64,000 nucleotides of DNA from a virus (lineage: Duplodnaviria; Caudoviricetes). The stretch is from the IMG/VR virus record IMGVR_UViG_3300028833_000053. One strand, 5' to 3'. This document shows, one piece after another, positions 1 through 10,694 of the stretch; the stretch's first letter is position 1, and each line of letters starts with the position of its first letter. Made by a program: the position numbers and the translations under genes. The notes under the pieces were generated by a model. That model had not been told where the DNA came from and searched no databases. It was given only the letters and a program-made list of their open reading frames with translations.

Positions 1-1
1 G

Positions 2-538
2 TCAGATGCTGACATAATGGAAGGTGTTTTCAATAACTTCGCCCAAAAAGAAATTGCAGTTGCAGTCATAATCCCAAGCAAGGATATAAATGAAAATGAC
101 GTTACGGGCATCACAGATGGTGCATTCTATGAATGCACCAGTCTGGAGAGCGTAACGATTCCGAACGGTGTGACGAGAATTGGTGAAGAGGCGTTCTCCG
201 GCTGCAGCGGTCTTACGAGTGTTACGATTCCTAATTCTGTGACGAGCATCGGGAATTCTGCGTTCAATGGTTGCAGTGGTCTGACGAGCGTGACGATACC
301 CAATAGTGTCACAAGCATCCAGATTGGAGCGTTCGAGAGTTGTAGCGGGCTTACGAACTTGACGATTCCAAGCAGCGTGACGAGCATCGGGGATGATGTT
401 TTCACTGGGTGCAGCAATCTTGCCAACCTCACATTCCTTGGCAAGACACTTGAACAAGTCCAGAACATTGAGGACGAGGAAGGTGAAAAATACTATCCTT
501 GGGGGATTGAAGACACAAGCATCATCAATGTTGCCTAA
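2..538 (+). CDS. BspA-type leucine-rich repeat (LRR_5) protein, probably 5'-partial
   Basis: Tandem 23-aa repeats 'LTSVTIPNSVTSIGxxAFxGCS'; frame is open to the window edge; ends in TAA. Confidence 0.85.
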   Translation, partial: SDADIMEGVFNNFAQKEIAVAVIIPSKDINENDVTGITDGAFYECTSLESVTIPNGVTRIGEEAFSGCSGLTSVTIPNSVTSIGNSAFNGCSGLTSVTIPNSVTSIQIGAFESCSGLTNLTIPSSVTSIGDDVFTGCSNLANLTFLGKTLEQVQNIEDEEGEKYYPWGIEDTSIINVA

Positions 539-574
539 TTAAATCCATCATAAAACAAAGGCTGGTTATGTCAA

Positions 575-775
575 TCATGAGCCAGCCTTCTTCATTTCCT
601 GCAGTTCGCGCTTCAGTTCCATCATTTCATCCCATGTCCTGAAGTGCTATGTCTCCGTCAGACGTTCTTCTTCCCTACCTGAACCCAGCAACGCCATCTG
701 GGATGCCTCAAGCGCGTTCTCCATTTCCTCTATTTCCGATTCAATTTCCTCAACTGTCCTACACTACTCTGTCAT
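575..775 (-). CDS. Small helical hypothetical protein (66 aa), visible only with TAG=Gln
   Basis: ATG at 775 gives MTE(Q)CRTVEEIESEIEEMENALEAS...ET(Q)HFRTWDEMMELKRELQEMKKAGS-TGA with two in-frame TAGs; fills the gap after gp47. Confidence 0.6.
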
Positions 776-1925
776 AGTATTCCCTCATCATCTTCTTCAG
801 CTTCTCGTTGTCAATCGCGGGGTGGTTTATCTGGTCAATCTGCTTCTGGATGTAATCGAACTTGTCCACAACAATGCCCATATCCTCGGTTTCCTGACCT
901 TCTTCGCCATTTTGCGATGCGTCCGAAATCCCAAGCACGAAAACGGAGGAGTCCTCTTCATACACGTTGGCCGCGGCCACAATTCCATCAAGTTGCTCCT
1001 TCTGCTCGTCGGTCAAGACAACATCGTAGCAGCGTCTCACAATTGAACCCTTTAGTTTGGACTCATCTAAACTCCCATTCACAAGGTCTGACGCATACAA
1101 CGTCACGAACTTCGGAACCGAAGCAGTGTTGTAGAAAGTTTCGTGGTTCTTCTCGTCCAAGATGAAATAGCCATGCTGCTTCTTCTCGTCTGGAAGCCTC
1201 TGCATGTCATGCACCTGATATTGCGGCGATCCCACGATGTTCCATGTGCGGTTCTCAAACGTGACCGTCTCGTGATCGTGTATGTGACCCATGTAGATTG
1301 TGGAGCAATCGTGCGTGTGGTGGAGAATCTCCGAAATGATGTTGCTTGTGTCAACTTCCGAGAAGTTCTTGCCGCCCGACTTGTAGGCATCGGCGTACTT
1401 CTGTCCCTTGTATCGTATGTCACCTGAATAGCTGATGTCGAAATGCCCCATCATCAAGTCATAGTCCTGGGAAAGACCATCGCGCTTGATGTGTTCCTCC
1501 AATGTTGTGCCACAAAGCCACGGAACAAGAAGGACGTTCTGTCCGTTCAACTTCACCTCCGTTGGAACGGAGACTATGTTGACGTTGTTCAACTCGAAGA
1601 TGTTCAAGGAGGTTATCACGGAGTTGTATTTCTCGTAGAGGTCGTGGTTTCCCTGCAACAGGAACACTTCGCACGTTGATGCCAACTTTCGGACAAGATC
1701 GTTCGCCACGTTCAGCGAAGTGACTTCAATTGCCGTCCTCTGGTGGAAAAGGTCTCCAAGGAAGAACACCTGCTTGATGCCCTCCGTCTCTATCCGCCCT
1801 ATTATCTCGTCAATGACCTTTTCCGCTATCTTCTGCCTTGACGGCTTGTCGTTGGAAATGCCAACGTGGAGGTCAGTGAATACCAATGACTTTCCGCTCA
1901 ATTCCCTGTGTGACGTGTTCTTCAT
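750..1925 (-). CDS. Recombination endonuclease subunit, T4 gp47/Mre11/SbcD-like metallophosphoesterase
   Basis: Motifs DLH, GDLFH, GNHD, GHF, GHIH; TAG at 759-761 read as Gln gives a TGA stop at 750-752. Confidence 0.85.
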
Positions 1926-2719
1926 GTCTTCTAATTCTACCTTCTTTCGGTCTCAAGCATCTTCTTGTAGTAGGTGTCTGTATAAATTCTATCAAAATAC
2001 TCCGAGAAATTTGGAATCGCCCTGTTGAAAGCGGACTTTATCTCCAACGCAAGCGTGGCGTATTCCCCCTTGTGGTTGAAGTACCTTCCCTGCAACAATT
2101 CCCATGCGTCCTGCATGTCATAATGCTCATATGCCCTCTTTATTGCCGTCTCAACCTCGGGCATGAATGGAAGCAGGATAACTGGGAAGTCACCCGACAT
2201 TATGTACTTGTCAATCTTGTGGCGTTCAACCAGGTTCTTCACGCAAAGGCTTGGCTCGTTGTAGCCCAATGTATACGTCAAATGCAAATACTTCTTCACC
2301 GCCGTACCAAACCTTGACACAAGGGCTTTTCTGGATTCCGCCAACTTCTTCAGCTTCAAGTATTCGTGCGTCTCGGAAATGACAGTTCTCACCAACGTTC
2401 TTATCCCCTTCACCGTCTTTGGGACAAAACTCAACTTCCCCGCAACCCTCTTGAAAATGTCGTGGCGTTCCTTTTCCTCCACGTTGTTCCGCAGAAACAT
2501 TTCATACAACTGGTCAAAGTGCTTGCCATACTTCTTGTACATAGCCTTGCCGTCATATCCCCTTATGTAGGCAAGAGAGACGTTGCGCACAACGCCATTG
2601 TCGTTGTAGACCTTTATGTACAATGGAAGAAGCCGTGCAATGTCCATTGGCGATATGAGCTGCTCCGATTGAAGCAGCTTGGTGAGATTGTCAATGTACT
2701 GGTTGTCTCTTATATCCAT
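1922..2719 (-). CDS. Hypothetical replication protein, possibly T4 gp59-like helicase loader
   Basis: Size and weak similarity by eye to gp59. Reading two C-terminal TAGs as Gln makes its TGA overlap the gp47 ATG (ATGA coupling at 1922-1925). Confidence 0.4.
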
Positions 2720-3113
2720 CTATGGTCTTCTTTATGACGTTCGCGGTCCGCTTCCCCGTGTAGAAGTAGTACCCATACACTGCGTAGAGCGTACCAATAA
2801 CCTTGTCAATGCCCAGCCCATACTATTTGTGAATCCCGTGTATGAACTCCTCGTCGGAAAGACAATGGCGTATGGACTTGAGCAACTTGTCGCAAGCGTC
2901 CTTCAAGTATTTCACCTTATCGTCCGACTTCATGTCCTGAATCTCCTGTATCTTCGAGTAGAACTACTCCGCCCTCAAAGCCGGGAACTTCTCAACAATG
3001 CAATTGTAGATGATGTCCAACTCCTGCTTGTCCTCGTGGTTGTCAAAGAAAAGGGAAACGGACCTGTCACCTTGGTAAAAAGGAAATCTGTTGTCTTTAC
3101 TGTACTCTACCAT
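2691..3113 (-). CDS. Hypothetical protein (140 aa), visible only with TAG=Gln
   Basis: MVEYSKDNRFPFYQG...RAE(Q)FYSKIQ...IHK(Q)YGLG...RQPVH-TGA with two in-frame TAGs; fills a 400-bp gap with phage-like codon usage. Confidence 0.7.
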
Positions 3114-3169
3114 AATCTTCACTATCTATTGGATGTCCTATATAATTATACTTCATTTCAAGTAGAATT

Positions 3170-3176
3170 GTAAATA
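3170..3176 (+). promoter_or_regulatory. Putative late promoter GTAAATA (gp5-like gene)
   Basis: One of 15 intergenic GTAAATA copies found upstream of mainly structural genes; resembles T4 late TATAAATA. Confidence 0.6.
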
Positions 3177-3200
3177 CTCCATTGAAAGGATGACAATGAC

Positions 3201-3944
3201 ATGGCGAATTTGAAGGAAAAATCCAATTAGCACTTGAACCAAAACGGTCAGGGGCTTGATGGTCTGTACAGAGGGGAAGTGAGAAAGCAAATGTCCGATG
3301 GCAGGGTCAAGGTGTTCGTGCCAGGTGTCTATGACCCCCAGTTTGAATCGGATGGAAACGAGGACTTTCTGCCAAATGCGGAAGTGATGCAGCCAGTCTG
3401 GGCGAAATCCATAAACCAAAGCGGTTCGTTTGGGTTGCCGGACGTTGGCGCAATAGTATACGTCTATTTCCTCAACCACGATGCCAACTACCCCCTTGTC
3501 ATAGGCACTGTGTTGAACGCAGTTCCGGGTTTTGGCAAGGCAATGTGGAACAAGTGCATGAGGAAAAAGAAGTACGTCAAGCAGATATTGAAGAACGGCA
3601 ACGCGGAAATCTCGCTTGACGAAAACGGTTCCATAGACCTCACCGTGAACTCCATGGAAGGTTCGGCGGAAGACAACGGCTCAATGAAGGACTGCCACAT
3701 ATTGATGGACAGAACAAACGTCAACAACAGAATCACGCTGTCCGCAGATGACATCATCCTTGACTGCAGAAACCTCTTGCTCAAGACCTTCAACACGCAA
3801 ATAGACGCCGGCAACAAGGTCATTATCCATGGAAGGGGTGGACGAGTTGCCATAATGTCACCATCCATATTCATCAACAGCAACCTGGGTCAGGGAACAA
3901 ACACTACGGTGATAAAGGGTTCTAGTGGAACTCTTGTGGTGTAA
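3201..3944 (+). CDS. Baseplate hub/spike protein, gp5/VgrG OB-fold type
   Basis: 'GLYRGEV...GRVKVFVPG...LPDVGAIVYVYFLNHDANYPLVIG' OB-fold signature plus beta-helix-like C-terminus; ATG at 3201 with in-frame TAG at 3228. Confidence 0.8.
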
Positions 3945-3954
3945 GGAGGAAGCA

Positions 3955-4854
3955 ATGAAAACCAAATTCAATCTACTTTCAATCATTCTGTTCCTGTGCC
4001 TTGGAGCGTTTTCCATGGAATCCTACTTCACGATGGAAAACGACACCTTCTTGAGGCGGGACGATTCCGACTACACCCACGGAACGAAGCTTGAACTCGT
4101 TGACGACAACAGGCTTCACTACATGATTTCCCAAACGATGTACGCGCCACCGGACTTGAGGTTGAAGCACCACGTCCCGGGTGACCGTCCCTATGCGGGA
4201 ATGCTCATTGGTGGCGTTGGCTACGAGTTCTTCCAAAACCCGGTCTCGCACTGGACGCATTATGGTGAATTCAATTTCGGAATGATTGGACCCGCCGCGT
4301 GCTGCAAGGAAACCCAGACCGCCATACACAAGTTGCTGAATTGCCGAAAGCCGGAAGGTTGGGACGACCAACTTCACAATGAATTCGTTGTGAACGCCCA
4401 ATGGTGGACAAAGTACAATTGGAGCATAACCGACTGGATTGTGCTTGTCCCAAAGGCCGGTGCGGCGGTTGGAACAATTCAGGACTTTGGAGAAGTTGGA
4501 GCCGACTTGAAGATTGGCTACAACATACGTCCAACCGCAAACAACGAAATGATGTTCTCGGCTCCAGCGCCAAGAGGGAAGTGGAAATGGGAAAAACTTT
4601 CTGCCTACGCCTATTGTGGAGCAAGCGAAAGATACTACCTCTACAACCACCTTCTTGAAGGTACTATGTTCGGACACCGTGACGATGACTTGAAAGTTGA
4701 CCCAGAGAGGTTTGTCACTGAAATGAGGGCCGGATTCGTATTCAAGTACGATAGGTTCTTCGCAACATACTACGCCATATTCAGGACGGACGAATACAAG
4801 CACCAAAAGAAATCACCAGACTTCGGCGGTATCTGCGTTGGGTGGACTTGGTAA
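3955..4854 (+). CDS. lpxR: Lipid A 3-O-deacylase LpxR (DUF2219) family outer-membrane beta-barrel
   Basis: Signal peptide, 'END...DxDYTHG', 'QxMYxP', 'DRPYAG' motifs, terminal aromatic W; AGGAGG RBS. Confidence 0.8.
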   Translation: MKTKFNLLSIILFLCLGAFSMESYFTMENDTFLRRDDSDYTHGTKLELVDDNRLHYMISQTMYAPPDLRLKHHVPGDRPYAGMLIGGVGYEFFQNPVSHWTHYGEFNFGMIGPAACCKETQTAIHKLLNCRKPEGWDDQLHNEFVVNAQWWTKYNWSITDWIVLVPKAGAAVGTIQDFGEVGADLKIGYNIRPTANNEMMFSAPAPRGKWKWEKLSAYAYCGASERYYLYNHLLEGTMFGHRDDDLKVDPERFVTEMRAGFVFKYDRFFATYYAIFRTDEYKHQKKSPDFGGICVGWTW

Positions 4855-4888
4855 ACAAAATCCAAAAACAGTGGTATAATTTCACTGT

Positions 4889-5932
4889 ATGGCATTGATA
4901 ACTTTCAAGGGAATATCGCAAAACTCATCAATATCCAAGCCTTTGACGGACGAGGAATTCGCATCAATTGAACGTGAATACTTCCAAAAGCCGGACAAGG
5001 CGTTGGTGGAGAAGCAGCTTCGTTCCATCGCAGAAGGTGGAGTGAAGATGAACTATGTCCAGGACTACTACCTCAAGGAAGTCATGTCAAAGGCCGTTGG
5101 AACAAGGGCTTCATGGTCTATATGGGACGGAATAAGGAACCGCGAGATAATGGAATACTTCGCTGGGAAGGTTGACAGCAACAAGAAAGTCTTTCCTGAT
5201 TACATGACTCTTGCCCAGAAGATTGCAACCGCTTTCCGCCTTTGTGGAATCAGATACTGTGTGAAGGTTCCGAACTTTCCAATGAAGGTCGCATCGCACA
5301 TAATAACGAAGTACAACGTGAACGACAGGTACTATGACTACAGTTGCGGATGGGGTGCGCGTCTTCTGGCTGCTCTGAAGAGCAACATACACTACTATGG
5401 AACCGACCCAAACAACGAGCTGGTTGACAGGCTCGTTGAAATTGCCACGGACTACAAGAAAGTGAATCCAACAAACACGTCATGTGTTTCCATAAAATGC
5501 CAGGGAAGCCAGACATTCATCCCTGAAATGGAGGGAAAGATTGGCTTGTGCTTCAGCTCCCCTCCCTACTTCTCGCTGGAGGACTACCAGATTGGCGAAG
5601 AACAGTCATACAAGAAGGGTATGACATATACGGAATGGCGGGACAGTTTCATCGGACCCACTGTTGAAAACTGCTTCAAGTACCTCGTCCCAGGTGGCTA
5701 TTTCATCTTCAACGTGAAGTCATTTAGGGACTATGCCACAAACGAAACATACCCAATTGAAAGGGATTTCCTGTACTTCGCCCTGAAAGCCGGACTTGAG
5801 CATGTAGGTGTGGAGGCAATGACAAACATCAAACGATGCCATGGAGCCGCAGGGGGCGGAGAATACAAGGATGGAAACAAATTGATGTTCAGCGACAACG
5901 ACGAGCGTATGCACGTCCTTCGCAAACCATAA
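4889..5932 (+). CDS. DNA amino-methyltransferase (N4-C/N6-A type)
   Basis: SAM-binding 'YDYSCGWGARL' and catalytic 'FSSPPYF'; TGGTATAAT upstream. Confidence 0.85.
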   Translation: MALITFKGISQNSSISKPLTDEEFASIEREYFQKPDKALVEKQLRSIAEGGVKMNYVQDYYLKEVMSKAVGTRASWSIWDGIRNREIMEYFAGKVDSNKKVFPDYMTLAQKIATAFRLCGIRYCVKVPNFPMKVASHIITKYNVNDRYYDYSCGWGARLLAALKSNIHYYGTDPNNELVDRLVEIATDYKKVNPTNTSCVSIKCQGSQTFIPEMEGKIGLCFSSPPYFSLEDYQIGEEQSYKKGMTYTEWRDSFIGPTVENCFKYLVPGGYFIFNVKSFRDYATNETYPIERDFLYFALKAGLEHVGVEAMTNIKRCHGAAGGGEYKDGNKLMFSDNDERMHVLRKP

Positions 5933-5952
5933 TCATTTGTGATTCTTAAGCT

Positions 5953-7008
5953 TCACTTATGAAGCTTAAGTTTCATTTCAACTTGGAACGCCGATATTGT
6001 CCTGCTCTTCAGGAACTTTTCGTTCATAAAGACGTCCGCACGTCCAGTTGCCTTTACGAAATCGTTTATGTCCTTGACGTGCGCCAGTTCCAAAAGGTCT
6101 GATATGTCAAGGAAGGAAATGTCCGGATATTTCTCTGCGTGCTTCAACGATGAAGACATACCAGCATAGTCATTGTCAAACGCCAGCACAATCTTGTGGC
6201 GTGGATAAAGTTCCGTAAGCATCTTGTATTGGTAGTCTGTCAAGGAACGTCCACCCAATGCAACGCCATTCTTCAGGAACAGGGAGTCAAACACGCCCTC
6301 CGTGCAGTAGATGCTGTGGTGTGAAACGTCCACGTTGCCGATGTTGAACACTGGCTTGGGTTGGAAGTTTATGTTCTCGTCCTTTGGGAAAATGTACTTG
6401 ACCGCGCCCTGACCCTTTATGTCATAGTTGTTGAAGTTGCCCAGTTGGTGGTAGATGCAATTATCGTCCCAAACGTATTGAATAAGAAGGAACTCCCGAC
6501 CCGTGTTGTCCTGCATTGAAAGCAGCATCGAGCGGGCGTCCACTGGGATTTTCCTATTGTCAAGATAGGCTTTTGCTGCGTCAGACAATTGCGTTGGATA
6601 ATTCCAATTGGCTTCAAGCAGATACCTGTATGATGGCGTTGGGGAAAGTATCTCGAACGATGACGGCTTTGCCACAACCTGCGGTTGGTTTCTCTTCCCC
6701 GACACGATGTTGTTGAAATTCAGCACCTTGTAGTCCTGAATTATCCTGTCAAAAACGTCCTTTGGGCATATCTCCTTGAGAAAGGCGTAGCCAGTCAATG
6801 ACGCTTCGCAGTTGAAGCAGTGGAACGTGCCAGTCCTGCGATAGAAATAACCACGTTTCTTGAACTTGCTCTTCTTGGAATCCCCGCACAAGGGACAGCG
6901 GAACGTAATCTCCGTGTTGTTGCGAGTCTTGAGGGTTGAGTCTGGCAGATTTTGCCAGACTTTCTCATCAATGTAGTTTATCCAGGACTTGTCGTTCCAG
7001 TCAATCAT
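5953..7008 (-). CDS. DNA primase, T4 gp61-like
   Basis: Zn ribbon CPLCGDS...CFNC, TOPRIM 'EGVFDSL' and 'DND'; ATG at 7008 overlaps the upstream TGA. Confidence 0.9.
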   Translation of the reverse strand: MIDWNDKSWINYIDEKVWQNLPDSTLKTRNNTEITFRCPLCGDSKKSKFKKRGYFYRRTGTFHCFNCEASLTGYAFLKEICPKDVFDRIIQDYKVLNFNNIVSGKRNQPQVVAKPSSFEILSPTPSYRYLLEANWNYPTQLSDAAKAYLDNRKIPVDARSMLLSMQDNTGREFLLIQYVWDDNCIYHQLGNFNNYDIKGQGAVKYIFPKDENINFQPKPVFNIGNVDVSHHSIYCTEGVFDSLFLKNGVALGGRSLTDYQYKMLTELYPRHKIVLAFDNDYAGMSSSLKHAEKYPDISFLDISDLLELAHVKDINDFVKATGRADVFMNEKFLKSRTISAFQVEMKLKLHK

Positions 7009-7829
7009 TTGCGCTTGTAGCAGATGAACTTGATTGCCCAGACATCCGTACCGGGACCGTCCTTGCTCATGAACTCGGGGAAGCAAAAGATGTCCGTGTA
7101 TTCAGTTCCCTTGATAAACTCGCCAATTTCATCGCGGATTGTCTGGCAGCAGTTCAACTTGCAGGTAATGAGTCCAAGTTCATCAAAATTCCTGATTTTG
7201 GGAAACGTCTTGTCCTCGTTAAGCGCAATCTTGATATAGTCGGAACCGGTCTCTATCAGGGATGTGTCGAAGATTATGGGTTGGACTGTCTGTGCAAGGA
7301 ATGTCAGACGGTTGGCAATGAACACAAACGGGTTCTTTGCCTCGGTTTCCACTTCATCGTCCTCTTCATCATCCTCTTCATCTTCTGGAGATTCAATTTC
7401 ATTTCCATCATCATCAAGCCCAAACGCCTGGTTGTAGATGTCGGTGTGCTTTGGCTTTGCGGAAATAATGTCACCGAAGTTCTTTCCCGAATTGAGCATG
7501 TCAAAGATGGATGGCGGTACCTTCACTGGCTCTTCGTCCTCGTCTTCCTCGTCTTCCTCATCATCTTCGGTGTACCAGCGAAAAGGTGGCTCGTCCTTTT
7601 CAGTTTTTCCGGGTTCTTCGTTCTGTATTGGAACGCGAACAACCCTTGGCTTGAAAGCCTCTTTCGTGGCTTCCTCCATCGTCTTGTCAAAGTCCACGCC
7701 CTTGAACAGGCTGTTGAAAATCTCCTCAAACTCAGGTGCGCAAATGACCTTTACGCGCTGGTTGAAGGGGTTCTTGCGCACTGCGTCCTCTCCGTAGCGG
7801 GGAACTCTGAAACTGAAATGCTCAAACAT
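7005..7829 (-). CDS. Acidic hypothetical protein
   Basis: 274-aa ORF with two Asp/Glu tracts, RBS, and coupling to the primase gene. Confidence 0.7.
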   Translation of the reverse strand: MFEHFSFRVPRYGEDAVRKNPFNQRVKVICAPEFEEIFNSLFKGVDFDKTMEEATKEAFKPRVVRVPIQNEEPGKTEKDEPPFRWYTEDDEEDEEDEDEEPVKVPPSIFDMLNSGKNFGDIISAKPKHTDIYNQAFGLDDDGNEIESPEDEEDDEEDDEVETEAKNPFVFIANRLTFLAQTVQPIIFDTSLIETGSDYIKIALNEDKTFPKIRNFDELGLITCKLNCCQTIRDEIGEFIKGTEYTDIFCFPEFMSKDGPGTDVWAIKFICYKRK

Positions 7830-7888
7830 TATTGTATTTCCTTTTTTGGTTGATGAACCGCTGATTAATTATACCACAATGGCGCAAA

Positions 7889-8590
7889 TCAGTAAATCAC
7901 CGTTTGATGTCCCTTGGTGTCAGTGAACTGAATTTCCTTCGCCATTGAACCATACCACTCCGTTTCGTAGTATTCGCCCCTGCGCCTGTCCTCAAGGTCA
8001 TCGCAGTCAACGAACTCATACGCCAGCTTCTTCTTGCCCTTGAGATACTCCAGAACCTTCGCGCACTTCTCCTCCGATTCGGCATACCAATGGTAGTCGC
8101 GAGAGAAGATGGATGACCGCTTGCCAGCCACTTCGCAGTGATACCAGTCCTTGAAGTTGATTTCAGAAAGTCCAAGAGCCTTGAGTTTCTTGTTGATTGC
8201 GATAAAGCCCTTGCAGGGCTTAATGAGGTGAATGCCCTTGCAAGTCACAATGATGCGTGGACGGGAATACCACCCACCAGACCACTTTGTTGCCTCTTCG
8301 TTGTTGCGTGAGAGGATTTCGCTCTTCTTCGGCTTCAGCTTGGAGCAAATGGCGTCCGCAATCTTGCAAGTGAGGGCTCCAAAGTAATCATCTGACAGTT
8401 CGCCAAAGTCCACTTCCTCCTTGTAGCCGGAGCGAAACACCAAATGCGTTCCGTCAAACTTGTTTGAGCATACGTTGGTGAAGTTCCGCGTGATTCCCAG
8501 ATAGTTCTTGTCCTCACTAGACTTGAACTCCTTGACCAACACCTTGGCAACGAATGCCACCTTCTCTTCTGTTGTCGCGTTTTTCTTCAT
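7889..8590 (-). CDS. Hypothetical early protein
   Basis: AGGAG RBS before ATG 8590; part of a tightly packed operon. Confidence 0.65.
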   Translation of the reverse strand: MKKNATTEEKVAFVAKVLVKEFKSSEDKNYLGITRNFTNVCSNKFDGTHLVFRSGYKEEVDFGELSDDYFGALTCKIADAICSKLKPKKSEILSRNNEEATKWSGGWYSRPRIIVTCKGIHLIKPCKGFIAINKKLKALGLSEINFKDWYHCEVAGKRSSIFSRDYHWYAESEEKCAKVLEYLKGKKKLAYEFVDCDDLEDRRRGEYYETEWYGSMAKEIQFTDTKGHQTVIY

Positions 8591-8604
8591 AGTTTGTCTC
8601 CTTT

Positions 8605-9096
8605 TCACTTTACCACAATTCTGTTTGCAACGTCAGCCCTCATCTTCGCCACGTCAAAGACATAACGAGAATCGTCGGAATCAAACTCTGGGTCTCCATC
8701 GTTGTTCCCATAGGCGGCATTCTTTTCCTTGTTGTAGCAGTTGCCATCCTCGGGGATGTACCCACGAAGCTCGCCATTCTGCCCGATGTAGAGGACAAAC
8801 ACAAGGGGAAGCTCCCAATCACCGCCCCCTGCGCACCAAAGAACCGGGAAAGCCGAATCACCCTCGCCAATCATTTCATAGCCGTCAAGGTCTTCAAGTC
8901 CAGGAAGGTGGTTGTAGGAATCCTCGGTGCCAAATTCCTCCACGTTTTCAAAATCAACCTCAATATTCTCCAAGTCCTTGTGAACCTTCACCTGTGTTGG
9001 CGAATAGTCCCCGTTGAGGATTCCATACACGGAACCATCCTCTATTAGAGACTTGAGGTCTTCAATGCTCTGGTTTGCCTTTGCGTGTCGGCTCAT
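8605..9096 (-). CDS. Hypothetical early protein (GGDWE motif)
   Basis: AGGAG RBS; 'AGGGDWELP..FVLY...LRGYIP..GN.YN' looks like a conserved phage family. Confidence 0.65.
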   Translation of the reverse strand: MSRHAKANQSIEDLKSLIEDGSVYGILNGDYSPTQVKVHKDLENIEVDFENVEEFGTEDSYNHLPGLEDLDGYEMIGEGDSAFPVLWCAGGGDWELPLVFVLYIGQNGELRGYIPEDGNCYNKEKNAAYGNNDGDPEFDSDDSRYVFDVAKMRADVANRIVVK

Positions 9097-9113
9097 CTTC
9101 GTTTCTCCTTGTT

Positions 9114-9389
9114 TCAATAAAGTTCCTGGTAGGTCATTCCACTCCTGCCAACCGCTATTCCAAGCTTGTCTGCGCACACTCCATCCACCCTTTCATCCCC
9201 GTATGCCGATATGAGATTGAATTTCCCTTCATTCTCTTCCACAACCCAATATGGAGTCCACTCGTAATTGGATTTGTTGAACATGAACACCAACTGTCCA
9301 ACCGAAACCACTTCCTTGAATACAAGGGTGTCCCGATATGAACATGCCCACTGAAGTTCATCCCATGCCTTTGAATGTGCAACTGTCAT
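9114..9389 (-). CDS. Hypothetical early protein
   Basis: GGAGG RBS; operon context. Confidence 0.55.
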   Translation of the reverse strand: MTVAHSKAWDELQWACSYRDTLVFKEVVSVGQLVFMFNKSNYEWTPYWVVEENEGKFNLISAYGDERVDGVCADKLGIAVGRSGMTYQELY

Positions 9390-9406
9390 TTTCGCCTCCT
9401 TCACTT

Positions 9407-9952
9407 TCACCAATAGCGGAACGTGCGGCGCGTCCTGCGTGAACGCACCAACTTGGGGTTCTCATTCACGCACACCTTGGACGGGCCATATCCAACCATA
9501 GCCTCAATGACGGCCCTCTGCTTCTCATACGGAACCATGATGGCAAACACGCGCCCACCACGGGAATCCCAAGTGTCAATCAGCTCGCCATCCTTCACGG
9601 TGGCAATGTGCGAACGCGAAAGGGTGAGGGCGCACACTCCGGGGATGTAGTGCTTAAGGCGGACGGCAACCTCGCCACGGGTCATGCACTTTGAAAGTTG
9701 AATCCAACGCCATCCCTGCGTCTTGAGAATAACGTCATAGACGCCCGTGCGGTTGCGGACGGAATGCATCTCCTTGGCGAGGCGGTACTGCTCCGACTCC
9801 ACCTCGTCATAAGTCATAGCACCTTCAAGGGCTGCAACGATTGCCCGCGTGGTGCAGTCCCCACAGCAATTGTCCTTGATGTTCCAAGTGTCTGGACGGA
9901 CGTTCGTGGGCGTGAATCCACACATACGCGCAACTTCATTCATCTTCTTCAT
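9407..9952 (-). CDS. Hypothetical protein with possible papain-like Cys-His-Asp triad
   Basis: 'GDCTTRAI', 'SHIATVKDG.LIDTWDS' pattern. Confidence 0.55.
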   Translation of the reverse strand: MKKMNEVARMCGFTPTNVRPDTWNIKDNCCGDCTTRAIVAALEGAMTYDEVESEQYRLAKEMHSVRNRTGVYDVILKTQGWRWIQLSKCMTRGEVAVRLKHYIPGVCALTLSRSHIATVKDGELIDTWDSRGGRVFAIMVPYEKQRAVIEAMVGYGPSKVCVNENPKLVRSRRTRRTFRYW

Positions 9953-9967
9953 GTTGTCTACTCCTTG

Positions 9968-10171
9968 TTAGATGAAATTCCTGCCAGTGAGAGCAAGGGC
10001 ATCCTTCACATCGTCAAAGTTGCCCTGTGTGAGTGTTTGCGATTCAATCCTCGTGAAGGGATTGTGTACGCCCTTCGCCAAGGTCTTGTTCAAGAGACGA
10101 AGCTCCTTGAGAATCTTGAGCTGGACATACAACGTCTGACGCTGCAATTCCTGGTTATCCTTGGTTGCCAT
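9968..10171 (-). CDS. Small hypothetical early protein
   Basis: AGGAG RBS, directly downstream of a strong sigma70-like promoter. Confidence 0.55.
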   Translation of the reverse strand: MATKDNQELQRQTLYVQLKILKELRLLNKTLAKGVHNPFTRIESQTLTQGNFDDVKDALALTGRNFI

Positions 10172-10204
10172 TTTATCTACTCCTTGTTTGCTCTCAACGA
10201 CAAC

Positions 10205-10233
10205 AGTATAGCAAAATGGGGTTAGAAAGTCAA
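10205..10233 (-). promoter_or_regulatory. Early sigma70-type promoter
   Basis: TTGACT-N17-TATACT with extended TG. Confidence 0.75.
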
Positions 10234-10304
10234 GTACCCTGTAAAACAAAAAGAACCGTCCAAAAATGGGCAGTTCTCTTCGTTTTTGGCAATTTTAGCC
10301 AATA

Positions 10305-10694
10305 TCACTTCGCCGCAAGGGGATCAAACCCAGGACCGGCTGGAGCTGCCTCGGGCGCAGGAGGGTCAGCCTCTGGCTTTGCCTCTTCAGCAGACTTGTC
10401 ACCCGTCTGCGCGATGTTCTCGCTCAACTTGAACATGGCGAGCCTCTTGGTGAGGTTCATGATTGCCAGGTCGTTCTGGACGGACTTGACAAGCACGCCG
10501 CTGTATGCGTCAATGAACTTGGTGAAGTTCAGGAACTCGTCCGGAATGTCGGAGAGACCAATCACCTCGTAGAACTTCTTGATGAAGTCCTTCTCGAACT
10601 GCTTGAAGCCACGCTCGTCGTTCCAACCAGCGTTCTTCGCCAGGTCAAACGCGATTGCGCTCATGTCAACCTTGTTGTTTGTAACGTCAGCCAT
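10305..10694 (-). CDS. Hypothetical protein with Pro/Ala-rich tail
   Basis: 129-aa ORF, strongly biased codon usage, followed by a hairpin. Confidence 0.65.
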   Translation of the reverse strand: MADVTNNKVDMSAIAFDLAKNAGWNDERGFKQFEKDFIKKFYEVIGLSDIPDEFLNFTKFIDAYSGVLVKSVQNDLAIMNLTKRLAMFKLSENIAQTGDKSAEEAKPEADPPAPEAAPAGPGFDPLAAK

